Made by a program: the position numbers and the translations under genes. This document shows positions 35,544 through 47,160 of a stretch of DNA of 64,000 nt, piece by piece. The notes under the pieces are model-generated. The model worked only from the letters and a program-made list of their open reading frames with translations, ran no database searches and was not told where the DNA came from. Within the stretch, counting starts at the first letter, position 1. Each line of letters opens with the position of its first letter. Source of the stretch: Octopus sinensis (Eukaryota); the NCBI RefSeq assembly GCF_006345805.1, contig NC_043003.1, positions 58,652,001 through 58,716,000 of the forward strand. The letters are read 5' to 3'.

Positions 35544-36131
35544 AGATGATTGGAACACATTTCATTTTATTGGCCACTGTGGACCCTACACAAAAGGGAC
35601 GAACAAGGACAGACAATACAGTACAAGTGGGGGCAAAAAACATAAAGGAATGAATAAAATGGATTTATATAATTAATGAAGGTGTAATGGCTAGTCAAAC
35701 TCCACTTTCGAATAGTGCCATTTTAACTATATTTTTTTTCTCTTTTATAACCAACATTTATCAATTAAAATATAAAATATGGTCTCAATTGTTCAAATTC
35801 CATCACAGGTGGCAGATGATCATATCTTACCTCCCTCCCTAGTAGATTCATGTCATCGTCAAAGCTTGCTTTAATTTTTGGTAATTTTTTATGTCTATTA
35901 ATATACACTTCATGCCAGGTACACATATATTTTCCTCCTCTTCAATTCTTATTACCGACTTCATTTTTCCAATTTTTTCCCTCAATGAACACATTCGTCC
36001 AATAGTTCGTTAGATACGCCCTACATTTATAATTGGTCTGTAATGCTTGTGTGACTCTGTACTGTCTGTGTCTGCTTGTGCATACCTACCTGAAGATTCT
36101 GAGCCACCTGTGAGTGCTTGTGTATACTTGA

Positions 36132-36362
36132 GGCGGCGAGCTGGCAGAAACGTTAGCACACCGGGCGAAATGCTTAGTGGTATTTCGTCTGCCGTTATGT
36201 TCTGAGTTCAAATTCTGCCGAGGTTGACTTTGCCTTTCATCCTTTCGGGGTCGATTAAATAAGAACCAGTAACTTACTGAGGTCGATATAATCGACTTAA
36301 TCCGTGTGTCTGACCTTGTTTGTCCCCTCTATGTTTAGCCCCTTGTGGGTAGTAAAGAAATA
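36132..36362 (+). mobile_element. tRNA-SINE family S2, full length, 16-bp TSD
   Basis: GGCGGCGAGCTGGCAG head, GAGTTCAAATTC box B; TSD GCTT(G/A)TGTATACTTGA at 36116-36131 and 36363-36378. Other copies at 59150-59293 (minus), ~22400-22550, ~32050-32230. Confidence 0.9.
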
Positions 36363-36496
36363 GCTTATGTATACTTGACTGGAGTTGCTGGGCTATCTGG
36401 TGCATACTTGTGTATATTTAACTGGGGATTTATGGGATGTTCTTGTGTGTTTGCCATAATATGATATACTGCGTGGGCATTTGTACATTACTCCCT

Positions 36497-36705
36497 TCTC
36501 TTTTACTATTTTACTTGTTTCAGTCATTTGCCTGCGGCCATACTGGAGCACCGCCTTTAATCGAGCAACTCGACCCCGGGACTTATTCTTTTGTAAGCCC
36601 AGTACTTATTCTGTCGGTCTCTTTTGCCGAACCGCTAAGTAACGGGGACATAAACACACCAGCATCGGCTGTCAAGCAATGCTAGGGGGACAAACACATA
36701 CAAGC

Positions 36706-36752
<47 letters not shown>

Positions 36753-36926
36753 CACACACACATATACGACGGCCTTCTTTCAGTTTCCGTCTACCAAATC
36801 CACTCACAAGGCTTTGGTCGGCCCAAGGCTATAGTAGAAGACACTTGCCCAAGGTGTCACACAGTGGGACTGAACCCGGAACCATGTAGTTGGTAAACAA
36901 GCTACTTACCACACAGCCACTCCTGC

Positions 36927-36928
<2 letters not shown>
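36497..36928 (-). mobile_element. SINE S1, full length
   Basis: Close to the family consensus; a ~28-nt T run abuts its head. Confidence 0.9.
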
Positions 36929-36958
<30 letters not shown>

Positions 36959-37799
36959 GTTTTTCAGGGTTGGGGAGTTTTTAATGTCCTTTCTCTTTCT
37001 ATTCTGTATTTCCTGGACTCTTTCATCTGTTTCCTCCACTTGCTTCTTCCGTATTTTCCTTTAATTTCTCATCTTTGTTATTTTCTTGTATTTCTTCTGT
37101 TGGGATTTGGCTGTTAAGAGAGGGACAATTCGCCTTAATGTGGCCCTTCTTTCTGCAGTGGTAGCAGGTGGGAGGTCTTCCCTCCACCACCACCACCACC
37201 ACCACTCTAAGCTTCACATCTTCTGGTAACTCTATCTCTTTGGTAATTTTCTGTAAATCCAGTGTGGTGGCCTGGATTATGATTTCCAGGCCATATCCCC
37301 TCCAGTTCAATTGTTTGATGTGGCTTCCTTGCAGCACTTCTGGGTCCTCCTTTATTTCTATTAAGATTGCTGCAAGCAGCCACATCTCATTAATCTCAGT
37401 GGGCACCCTGCCAATCCTCACTCTTGCTATTCATTTCCTGAGATATGTTGGCAGGAGTGTCTATTTTTCTGTTTTCAATGTTACAAAAGCAAACACTATA
37501 ATAATCAATCAAAAAAGGTTTAACAATTGCAACAACAGGTAACCCAGCTAGGGAGGACCTTAAACAAAGGGCAACTTATCTGCAACGTTAATGATTCGAC
37601 ACTGAGCGATATGTTTCTTTTCGAGATGATTGGAACAACGGTGAAAAAAAAATCAATGTTAATTTATTGATGCATTTTTGTATTATCAGACAATTGCAAG
37701 AAAATGTTTTTAAAAAATTTGAAAACTCTGCAAAAATCCGATACAAATTCTTCATGGTTCAAAACGTTGCTTACTTTTTATTCAACCTGATAGCAGTGT

Positions 37800-38450
37800 C
37801 ATATTTGTTGATGCTACCCCTGGAAGCAAGCTAGCATCATTTGAGAAAAATCTGAGGTAAAATGTATCTGTAGATTAAAGTAGTAGAAAGACAAGGAATT
37901 CCCATAAAATCTAGTCTGTAGAACATACCTATTAGAAAGAATCCCCTGTATTGATAGGAACTGTACAGTGTTTAGTGTTTCCTCACAGAGTGACTGCAAA
38001 ACTAGGAATGCAGTCTGTAGTATAAGATGTGCAGAAATAGGATGACGACATACATTGGAAAGACAGTCTGTAGCATAGGTGAGAGGATAAGCGATACAGA
38101 TAGGAGCTCAAGGCAGAGAAAAGCTTGTCTGCTATACCAACATGCTCAACTAGAACATAGATATTAGAATCTTATCGACACAGAACAAACACAATGCTCA
38201 GATTACAGAGGCCACATATAATAGATCAACCATCAACAGAGAATCTGAATGGAGTAATAACACACGCTGCAACCTGACGATAAGATGAAAATATGACAGA
38301 TGCAAAGTGTAATACACAAACCCATATACATGCACACATACATAAATGTATACACAGATAAAGATATGTACCACATGAAGACAAAATGGAACAGTGAAGA
38401 GGCGACAAGGAACAGTCATTGAAGAGGTTGCAATGAGATGAAAATCAAAT
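37800..38450 (+). mobile_element. Decayed Penelope-like element (GIY-YIG region)
   Basis: Relic IKVVERQG..NPC.DRNC..CKTRNAVCSIRC..DDTYIGKT..GER..; ITEA..STINRE. Confidence 0.55.
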
Positions 38451-38859
38451 AGTGTGTGTGTGTGTTTATTCCCCAAATATAATGTTTCAACACAATTTCA
38501 CATCAAGAATCTTGCAAAACAAAAACATAAACGAAATTATTACACTGTATATATGAATATGGTATTTAATTGCAAAATAAACATATTTATAATTATCTAA
38601 TCTTTTTGTCTTTTGCATTTATGGAAATAATGTAGACCCTTTCTATGGGCATTCAGGTGTATCAAAGAAATGGTTATTTAAAGATTCATTCATTAAGAGC
38701 CTTTGAGATAACAAGGCACTATAACTGGCTAAATTATAAGGGCACCAGCTGAAGACTAGCAGAGTGGCTAAAAAGTTTGCTTTGAAATCACATAATACCA
38801 CTGCAGGGTACCTTGAGCCAGTATTTTCACCGATAGTTCATTGAAAATGACATTTTGTG

Positions 38860-39712
38860 TTTCAGTCATTTGACTGTAGCCATTCTGGAGTACTACCTTT
38901 AGTCCAGCAAATCGACCCCAGGACATTCTTTTGTAAGCCTAGTACTTATTCTGTTGGTCTCTTTTGCCGAACTGCTAAGTTACAGGGATGTAAACATACC
39001 AGCATCAGTTGTCAAGCGATGCTGGGGAAACAAACATACACACACATATATATATATGCGATGGGCTTCTTTCAGTTTCTGTCTACCAAATACACTCACA
39101 AGGTTTTGGTTGGCCTGAGGCTATAGCAGAAGACACTTGCCCAAGGTGCCATGCAGTGGGAATGAACCCGGAACCATGTGGTTGATAAGCTTTACAAGTC
39201 TTCTTAAGCACAGGTAAATTGCCAGGAGTCATGGTCCTTTATTATCTCCTCTGTGAGGCCCAATGTCTGAAGATCCCTTCTCACTACTTTGCCCAACATA
39301 TTCCTGGATCTACCAGGAAACTACAATTCAATCTATTCTCTTTTACTTGTTTCAGTCATTTGACTGTGGTCTTGCTGGAGCACTGCCTTTAGTCGAGCAA
39401 ATCAACTCCAGGACTTATTCTTTGTAAGCCTAGAACTTATTCTATCAGTCTCTTTTGCCAAACTGCTATGTTATGGGGATGCAAACACACCAGCATTGGT
39501 TGTCAAGTGATGTTGGGGGAACAAACACACATACATATACATATATACAACAGGCTTCTTTCAGTTTCCGTCTACCAAATCCACTCACAAGGCTTTGGTC
39601 GGCCCGAGGTTATAGTAGAAGACACTTGCCCAAGGTGCCAGGCAGTGGGACTGAACCCGGAACCATGTGATTGGTAAGCAATCTACTTACCACACAGCCA
39701 CTCCTGCGCCTA
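38860..39712 (-). mobile_element. Two SINE S1 copies (38860-39190; 39335-39712)
   Basis: Family S1 body and tail motifs. Confidence 0.85.
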
Positions 39713-39769
39713 TGTAAATACAACATGTATCAGTAATTGTAATTATAGCAACAATAACTATGTAGACGA

Positions 39770-40520
39770 AAGCAGAGAGTATAGGACAATCTGTGTTCAA
39801 GTGCCACTCTCAATTCTCTCCTTGATCAATCTGATCAATTTTCAAAATGTTACCTACTTTCCATTAGTGTAAAATTCTCGGGGGACTGGATTGATGCCCT
39901 TCCTGTGGCCAACACTGGCGGTCTACTCAGTCTTAATGAGCTCCGCATCTCCATTGCACTCATCCGTAGGAGACTGACATGTTGCCGTGATAGGTCTTCA
40001 CGATCCATTTTGCCACCTAAATGCTGGCTGTTTCACTCATCACACCAAGCTAAGCTTAATCATTAAGTGGGCCCTGGCTCAGATTAATATCACCTCAGTT
40101 CTGGAGCCAGCAGGATTATTCAGAAGTGATGGAAAGAGATCAGATGGTCTTACCCTCTGTCCCTGGGTAAGAAGTAGGTGCCACATCTGGGATGCCACAG
40201 TCTGTGACTTGTTTGCTTCTTCCCATATCCTGGATGCTGTTGTAAATGGGAGGGTCACTGCTTCTGTAGCTGAACAGAACAAAATCCTGAAGTATCAGGA
40301 CCTGTCAGTGAACTATCTCTTCCAGCATGTGGCTTTTGAGATTGAAGGGGCTGGGCCGCTAACAGCGAAGTTATTGTCATCACTTGTGAGGGTACTTGGC
40401 TGTTCCAGCACCTCAGCCTCGCCATCACCCATATTAAAACCGTGTGTTGGCTTGCTTCAGAAGGTTCTGTTGAACTATAGGGTGTACAACCATTTGAAGC
40501 ACTTTGTACTGCATTGATGG
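39770..40520 (+). mobile_element. CRE-like (restriction-like endonuclease) non-LTR retrotransposon 3' fragment
   Basis: GDWIDALPVAN..ELRISIAL; LEPAGLFRSDGKRSDGLTLCPW..IWDATVCD..AEQNKILKY..VAFEIEG (PD..D..K RLE signature). Confidence 0.75.
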
Positions 40521-41980
40521 TTTTTTCTTTCTTTCTTTCTCCTTTTTTGTTTTGTTTCTTGTTTTTCTTTTGTAAAATATATTCCTTTTCATATACTATC
40601 TAGACATTTAAAGTAGTTTTCTCTCACTTAACTAGAGACAGTCTTGGTAAGTTGGTATCAAAAATATTATTTAGATCTGCTCTCGTTTAGGTTCGATGAA
40701 AAGAAAAATTTCAAAATGTGCTGAAAGATAGCTTACTCTAATGAAGAAAAGGTAAGGTCATGCCAAGATGATATTGTTGTGACTTTAATATTCAGGTATT
40801 ACCTCATATGAACTGTTAATCTCTCTCCTGTACTTCTGTCACTATTTCGCTAAGGAAACGATTACAAGTGATTTGAGTAGTTACTTCCCTTACATCATTT
40901 AAAATGTGTATTTGAGCTGATTTATTTCATGTAATGAATCTAATTTTTTAGCCTATTCACGCTCAAACCTACGGCGTGCAGGATTCTCTGCATGTAATAT
41001 GGGTCTCTGGGTTGGCAAGACGTCAGCCTCAGCACAGAGAAGGAAAGACAATTTTCCCTGGTTAATACCCCCGCGAGTTCCCCCCCTAAGATAGCTTTGG
41101 TCAAGTGTCTGATCACACGCTATTCATTTTTGTCTGATATCTTAGTCTCATCAGAAGAGCTTGCAATATCTGTAAGTAGCTCCTGCCATATGGTAATCTT
41201 TCGTTTTAGGATTACATAAGTGCGGGATTGAAAAAGAAGGTAAATGAATTCGGGAATACACTTGGCGATCCTGAGGTAGCGAAACAAATAGGAAAAATAC
41301 TTTTAAAGTATATTTATTAAACATCATTTATAAAATATAGATTTCTGTATTCATTTCTCAACAACATCATTTAGATAAATTATGAAAGGAGCATCGGGAT
41401 CTTTTCGGTTTAGTTACCCCTTTGTAATTTCTTCAGTTTTTAAAAATGAAATTATTGTATACAGTGCTCAGGTGCACCACAACTTGTCAGAGTATAGTAT
41501 AAATGTCTGGAAAGCAAACAATGCGTGAGTCAGATACATGCTTGTGTATGTATGGAGGGGAGAAAATCAGGTGTAGTATTGATTTCATATTGAGTATATT
41601 GGTGTAGTTTTGCATCGTAAAAGCTGACATTTCTTATAAAAAAAACGCTACAAGTAATTGCAAATTGACAAAACTCATCTCGAAAAATTAACAAAAATAG
41701 ATTTCTCTTCCAATGAGTTGTCAGTTCCTCATTACTTTCCCATGTGTTTTTTTTTTTTTTTGTAAAAATGTCTACTTTTTCCTAAGTTAACTAAATGATG
41801 CCGTTATGAAATGAAAAGTAAAATGTATTAAAAATTGACTTCTTAAGCATTGAATTTTTCATTTCGTTTGCTCATTATAGCATCTTAAATTTAATACATT
41901 TCTGATTTTATTTTCTACCATTTTCAATCCCGCACTTACACAATCACACAGACACATACACACAATTATTCACTGCCGTA

Positions 41981-42006
41981 TCACTTCCCATTCCTTACTT
42001 CCGGTA
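41981..42006 (+). promoter_or_regulatory. Paired ETS-type sites upstream of ZNF-B
   Basis: TCACTTCC...CTTCCGGTA, with the same pair and spacing at 54710-54736. Confidence 0.5.
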
Positions 42007-42250
42007 GCAATAACCCAGATTCTGAATTATTAAGTAATCATTTCCAAGTTTATTTTTCGCTATTATTATTATTATCTAAAATCTCCTTTTGAGTATTATT
42101 CAGAGATATTATTACTTGGCCTCCTGTTACAAAAAAAAAGTCTACAATTACATTATAACAACTAAACAAAATACTGTTAGCATATAATTGCAGTAATTCC
42201 ACTTGCACATCCATTATTAGCATTGAGAACGATTTCTTTGGTCACAAAGA

Positions 42251-42326
<76 letters not shown>

Positions 42327-42534
42327 GTATGTATATAAGGTGATAATTCAGTCCATTGCTACAAATTACTATAAAATTACATTGGAATCAAGCGTTAGGA
42401 TAAAGCATCTGTGAAAGATTGTGACAAATGCATTGATATTGGTAGGAATAAATTCAAAAGTTGTGTTGAGATCGTCATTGTTATCTCGTCGACAGCAAGT
42501 TTGACATATTGCACTTCAGGACTCTCATTCATAC

Positions 42535-44021
42535 GTAAGTATTAATTATATCGAATCAATTCAATATTTTGGTTTTTATGAACATAATGCTACGTTTATA
42601 TATATATATATATTTTTATTATTTCAATTATTTGTTGTTTTAGTTTCATGTCAGCTTTAATCGTGCTGGACCCTTTTATTAAAAAAAAAAAATGTGTTCC
42701 ATCCATTCTACTCCTCCTTCAACTCTTCAAGCACAAGGTATATTGGACTAAACAATAATCGGTCCATTTTAATAGCAGAATGGTGTAATTTGATTGCTAT
42801 TTCTAAACGACAGATGCTCCGTCACATTTTAATTTGTCCTGGATTATAATCTTGATAATATTTTCAAAATGCTTAGCAGCATTTCATCCGACTTTATATC
42901 GACCCCAGTTACGCACTGGGGTCGATATAATCGACTTAATCCCTTTGTCCTTGTTTGTCCTCTCTGTGTTTAGCCCCTTGTGAGTTGTAAAGAAATAGGT
43001 ATTCTGAGTTCAAATTCCGCCGAGGCCGACTTTGCTTTTCATCCTTTTGGGATCGATAAAATAAGTATGCTTCCTTGCTCGAGAGTCACTATAATGTCGG
43101 AAGGTATATCTGTTGTTTGCAAATACGAACATTTCATACAAATGTATCTTATTCTTCACTTGTATCATTCATTGGACTGCGACCATGCTGTGGCATTACC
43201 TTGAAGTGGTTTAGTTGAACGAGTCGACCATAGTATTTTTTTGAAGCTTGGTACTTATACTACCGGTCGCTTGCATCGAACCGCAACGTTACAGGAATGT
43301 AAACAAACCAACACCGGTTGCCAAGCGGTGCGGCGGGGAGGGGTAGTGGCAAGCACAAAGACACACAGATATGTATAGGACGAGCTTCATTCAGTTTCCG
43401 ACTATTAATTCACTCACAAGGCTTTAGTCGGCCTGTAGCTATAGTAGAAGACACTTGCTTAAGGTGTATGCTGTGGGACTGAACCTGGCACCATGTGGTT
43501 GGGAAGCAATCTTCTTACCACACAGTCACGCCTTATCTTTCACCTTTTACTTGTTTCATTCATTAGACTGCGGCCATACTGGGGCACCGCAGGGAAGAGG
43601 TTTAGTTGAACGAATCGACCGCGGTGGTTATTTTTTTCTTAAAGTCTTGTACTTATTCTATTGTTCTCTTTAGTCGAACCGCTTAGTTACAAGAACTTAA
43701 ACACACACACACTATGGCCTTTCTGTTTCTGTCAACTAAATCCACTAAAGATTTTGGTTGTCCTGAGGCCATAGTCAAAGACACTTGAGCAAGGTACCAC
43801 ACAGTAGGACTGAACCTGAAACCATGTCAGGAAGCAAACCTATCACAACACAGTCACACCTGTATGATAAATTTTCATAAATTAATAAGTAAAATTCAGT
43901 TGTTCTAAGTAAAGGCTTGAGTTTACAATAAATTAGTACAAAAATGATGCTTATTTTTCACTGTTCAATCTCTCCTGTTTAAGTATATTTTCTATCTTAT
44001 TCTGTTTCTTTGTTATTTCAG
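42535..44021 (+). other. Predicted 5' UTR intron of ZNF-B (contains S2 and S1 SINEs at ~42870-43860)
   Basis: Donor GTAAGTATTAA at 42535; acceptor TTATTTCAG ends at 44021; homologous sites in ZNF-C. Confidence 0.6.
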
Positions 44022-44530
44022 ATTCCGACTACTTTGGCACGACATTCATGTTTTGCACATGCATCAACAGTATTATTATCTGCTAAAGACGCTATACAAA
44101 ACAGATAAAACTTTCTTTTATACAAGTCTGTGAAATATTTCTCCTGAATTGAGATTTGCAACACTATTTCTCTACTTCACTGAATATCTCCAAAATAATT
44201 TTCATTCTTCATATATACATGGATAAATTTACCCTGATGATGTAACTGGCTTCTCTGGAAAACATTTTATACGTGGATATGTCATGACAAAAAGTTTTCC
44301 TTTAGTTTTTGCCCCATGTTACAAAGAAGGATTCTGTCACACTATGCTTTCTCACAATAATTAAATTTGAAATGATGATATCTGAATAAAATTCATCATG
44401 TAGGTAACTGTTTGCAGCATATTCAAATAAGATAACAGTTTAAGGCAATATAGTTGAAGAAATATTTGTTAGGCATCAAATATAAAGACAACAGAAGCAA
44501 AAGTATTCATATATTGTATGAAAGAAAGAA

Positions 44531-45646
44531 ATGATGGAAAACGAGCTGTGTGAGGAGACCCTGGTTAAATACAAAACACAATACAAAAGGATTGGTTTTC
44601 CCTATGAGATACTGAAACAGATAGGAAAAGCATCATACTACTGTGATATCTGTAAAAAGTCTTTCTCTAAAAAGAGTAACTTAACCAGACACAAACGTAT
44701 TCATACAGGTGAGAAACCATATCACTGTGATATCTGTGGAAAATCATTCTCTCAAAGTACTGTCTTAAAAACTCACCAAAGTATTCATACAAGAGATAAA
44801 CCATACCAATGTGATATCTGCGGTAAATCATTCTTTCGAAGGAGTTCGTTCAATTCTCACAAACACGTTCATACAGGAGAGAAATCGAGTCGCAGTGATA
44901 TCAGTGCAAAATCATTCTCTACAACAGTTAACTCGACTTCTCGCAAACGCATCCATACAGGCGAGAGGCCGTTTCACTGTGATATTTGTGGTAAATCATT
45001 CGCTATAGAACGTCATTTAACTATTCACATGCGTATTCATACAGGAGAGAAACCATATCACTGCGAGATTTGTGGTAGATCATTCTCTCAAGCAAATCAC
45101 TTGACCACTCATGTACGAATTCATACTGGTGAGAAACCATATCACTGTGATATCTGTGGTAAATCATTCTCTGTAACATGTAGCTTAACTAAACACAAAC
45201 GCATTCATACAGGAGAGAAGCCATATCATTGTGATATCTGTGGTAAATCATTCTCTATAGACAGTCACTTAACCACTCACAAACGCATTCATACGGGAGA
45301 GAAGCCGTATCTTTGTGATATTTGTGGTAAATCGTTTTCTCGAAGGAGTTACTGGACCTCTCATGAACGTATTCATTCAGGAGATAAGCCATACCACTGT
45401 GACATCTGCAATAAATCTTTCTCACAAAGTGGTGACTTAAATACTCATAAACGTATTCATACAGGAGATAAACCATATCACTGTGATGTCTGTGGTAGAT
45501 CATTCTGTCGAAGAAGTCACTTGACTACACACAAACTCATACATACAGGGGATAAGCTTTATCACTGTGACATCTGTGGTGAATTATTCTCTGAAGAAAA
45601 TAATTTAAATACTCACAAATGGATTCATACAGGGGAGATACCATAA
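44531..45646 (+). CDS. C2H2 zinc-finger protein, 12 fingers, one degenerate (ZNF-B)
   Basis: 371-aa ORF with TGEKPY linkers; N-terminus MENELCE..VKYKT..KRI.FP.E homologous to ZNF-C. Confidence 0.95.
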   Translation: MMENELCEETLVKYKTQYKRIGFPYEILKQIGKASYYCDICKKSFSKKSNLTRHKRIHTGEKPYHCDICGKSFSQSTVLKTHQSIHTRDKPYQCDICGKSFFRRSSFNSHKHVHTGEKSSRSDISAKSFSTTVNSTSRKRIHTGERPFHCDICGKSFAIERHLTIHMRIHTGEKPYHCEICGRSFSQANHLTTHVRIHTGEKPYHCDICGKSFSVTCSLTKHKRIHTGEKPYHCDICGKSFSIDSHLTTHKRIHTGEKPYLCDICGKSFSRRSYWTSHERIHSGDKPYHCDICNKSFSQSGDLNTHKRIHTGDKPYHCDVCGRSFCRRSHLTTHKLIHTGDKLYHCDICGELFSEENNLNTHKWIHTGEIP

Positions 45647-46554
45647 CACTAACATATAGAAGATCATTCTCTCTTAACTAAACACAAATGCATTTTTACA
45701 GGAGAGAAGCAATATCATAGTTTCTATACAGCTATAAACAACAGACTATAATTAGCTCTTGTAACATCTGCTTTCATAATTTAGACACTATTGAATATGG
45801 TGAATTATTGTGAGAATCTAATAACATTACATCATCATCATCATATGTCTGTTTTTCATGCTATAATCTAATAATGTTACCTTAGCTAATTATAGTATGT
45901 TGTTCACAGCTGTATAGAAACTAATATTCATTGAATTATTGAGGATGGCACAAACAATTCCCAAGTGAACAAGGCTGACATTTTTTCAAAACATTTACCA
46001 ATGAAACATCCTATATCACTTATATTTGTTTTAAATCATTGTCACAGAATACATGAAGAAATACCTGAACTGACCCCAGATATATTCACACAGGAGGGAA
46101 AAGAATATATTGTTGCTATTATGTAAAACTGTTGTATGTCCAAAGTTGGCCAAATGTGTTTTTTTTTTTTTTTTGCAATATTTATTTTTGCCTGCAATAG
46201 CCTGTTCTTTTGGTCAAACTATCGTATCTCCAGCTGCTTCAGATGCCAAGATATCAAAAATTGTTAAAATGTAGTACAACGGTTTTGCTATGGAATTGTG
46301 AAACTGTTTTTTCGTTTCCTGAAAAAGCAACGTTTTGGACTTACGACACTTTTGCATAATAGCAACAATATTAGTATTGGGAAATTTTTTGAAAAGATAT
46401 TGATTCATTTTTTAACATTGTGATTAAACAGCTGAGTAATCTTAAGTTAAGGATTACATTATTGTACAGTCATGTTTTAAATAAAATATATACACTTTAT
46501 GAAAATATTTCATCATACCGTAAGGTGTATGAGATCTTGAATTTGTGTGTAAAT

Positions 46555-46930
46555 ATATCTTTTATTTGTTACTGTCATTAGACTGTGGCCATGCTGGGGC
46601 ATGACTTTGAAGAACTTTTACTTGAATGAATTACCCCCAGTACTTTTTTTCTTAAAGCCTGGTACTTATTCTATTGCTCTCTTTTACTGAATCACTAAGT
46701 TATGGGGGTGTAAATACACCAACATCCGTTGTCAATCAGTTGTAGGAGGTGGGGTGGGGACAAACAGATGCACACACATAGATGTATGTATAAATGACTG
46801 GCTTCTTTCAGTTTCCGTGTACCAAATCCACTCACAAAGCTGTAGTAAAAGATACTTGTCCAAGCTGCCGTGCTGTGGGACTGAACCTGGAAACTTTTTG
46901 GGAAGCAAACTTGTAACCACACAGCCACAC
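46555..46930 (-). mobile_element. SINE S1
   Basis: Family motifs; further copies at 50355-50742 and 52722-52870 (minus), 53170-53360, 59030-59140 and 62623-62690 (plus). Confidence 0.8.
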
Positions 46931-47030
46931 CTACCCCTATATATATATATGAGAACAAACTATACGATGAAATAGGGAAAGTCTTCGAACACGACTTCAG
47001 AGAAGACATCAAGAAAAAGTGGAAACGCTA

Positions 47031-47160
47031 CCCTGATGTAATCTCCAGGGATACAGGCATCCAGCAACAGGACCTCCGTAATGCCATGATGGACCGTGAA
47101 GTCTGGCGTAGCATGGTAAATACCATTGTCTCGACCACGGTCGAACAATGATGATGATGA
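47031..47160 (+). mobile_element. 130-bp RTE-type LINE 3' end inserted into the Penelope YLDD codons
   Basis: PDVISRDTG..DLRNAMMDREVWRSMV relic followed by (GAT)n. Confidence 0.8.

Larger units (their letters stand above)
35558..37623 (-). mobile_element. ORF2-less Tx1 derivative (HAL1-like) with 14-bp TSD
   Basis: AGATGATTGGAACA at 35544-35557 and 37624-37637; ORF1 relic CYHCRKKGHIKANC (37023-37421); Tx1-type 3' tail TGTCTGTCCTTGTTCGTCCC..GGCCAATAAA at ~35568-35620; no RT or APE motif seen. Confidence 0.75.
32976..37790 (-). mobile_element. mariner transposon split by nested retroelements
   Basis: TIRs TCAGGCTGTGTAAAAAGTTAAGCAACGTTTT (32976-) and AAAACGTTGCTTACTTTTTATTCAACCTGA-TA (-37790); minus-strand relics PFLDCIVSCDKKWILYN, RPRLVNRRGPIILHDNAQPH, YSPNFSPTNYNFF. 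Confidence 0.8.

Noticed and set aside
36225-36260. Hammerhead-like GATGA/GAAA words in SINE S2, and CTGATGA at 13711, 17475, 33148 and 47470
   Set aside because: No stem II flanked by both conserved boxes and no stem I pairing.
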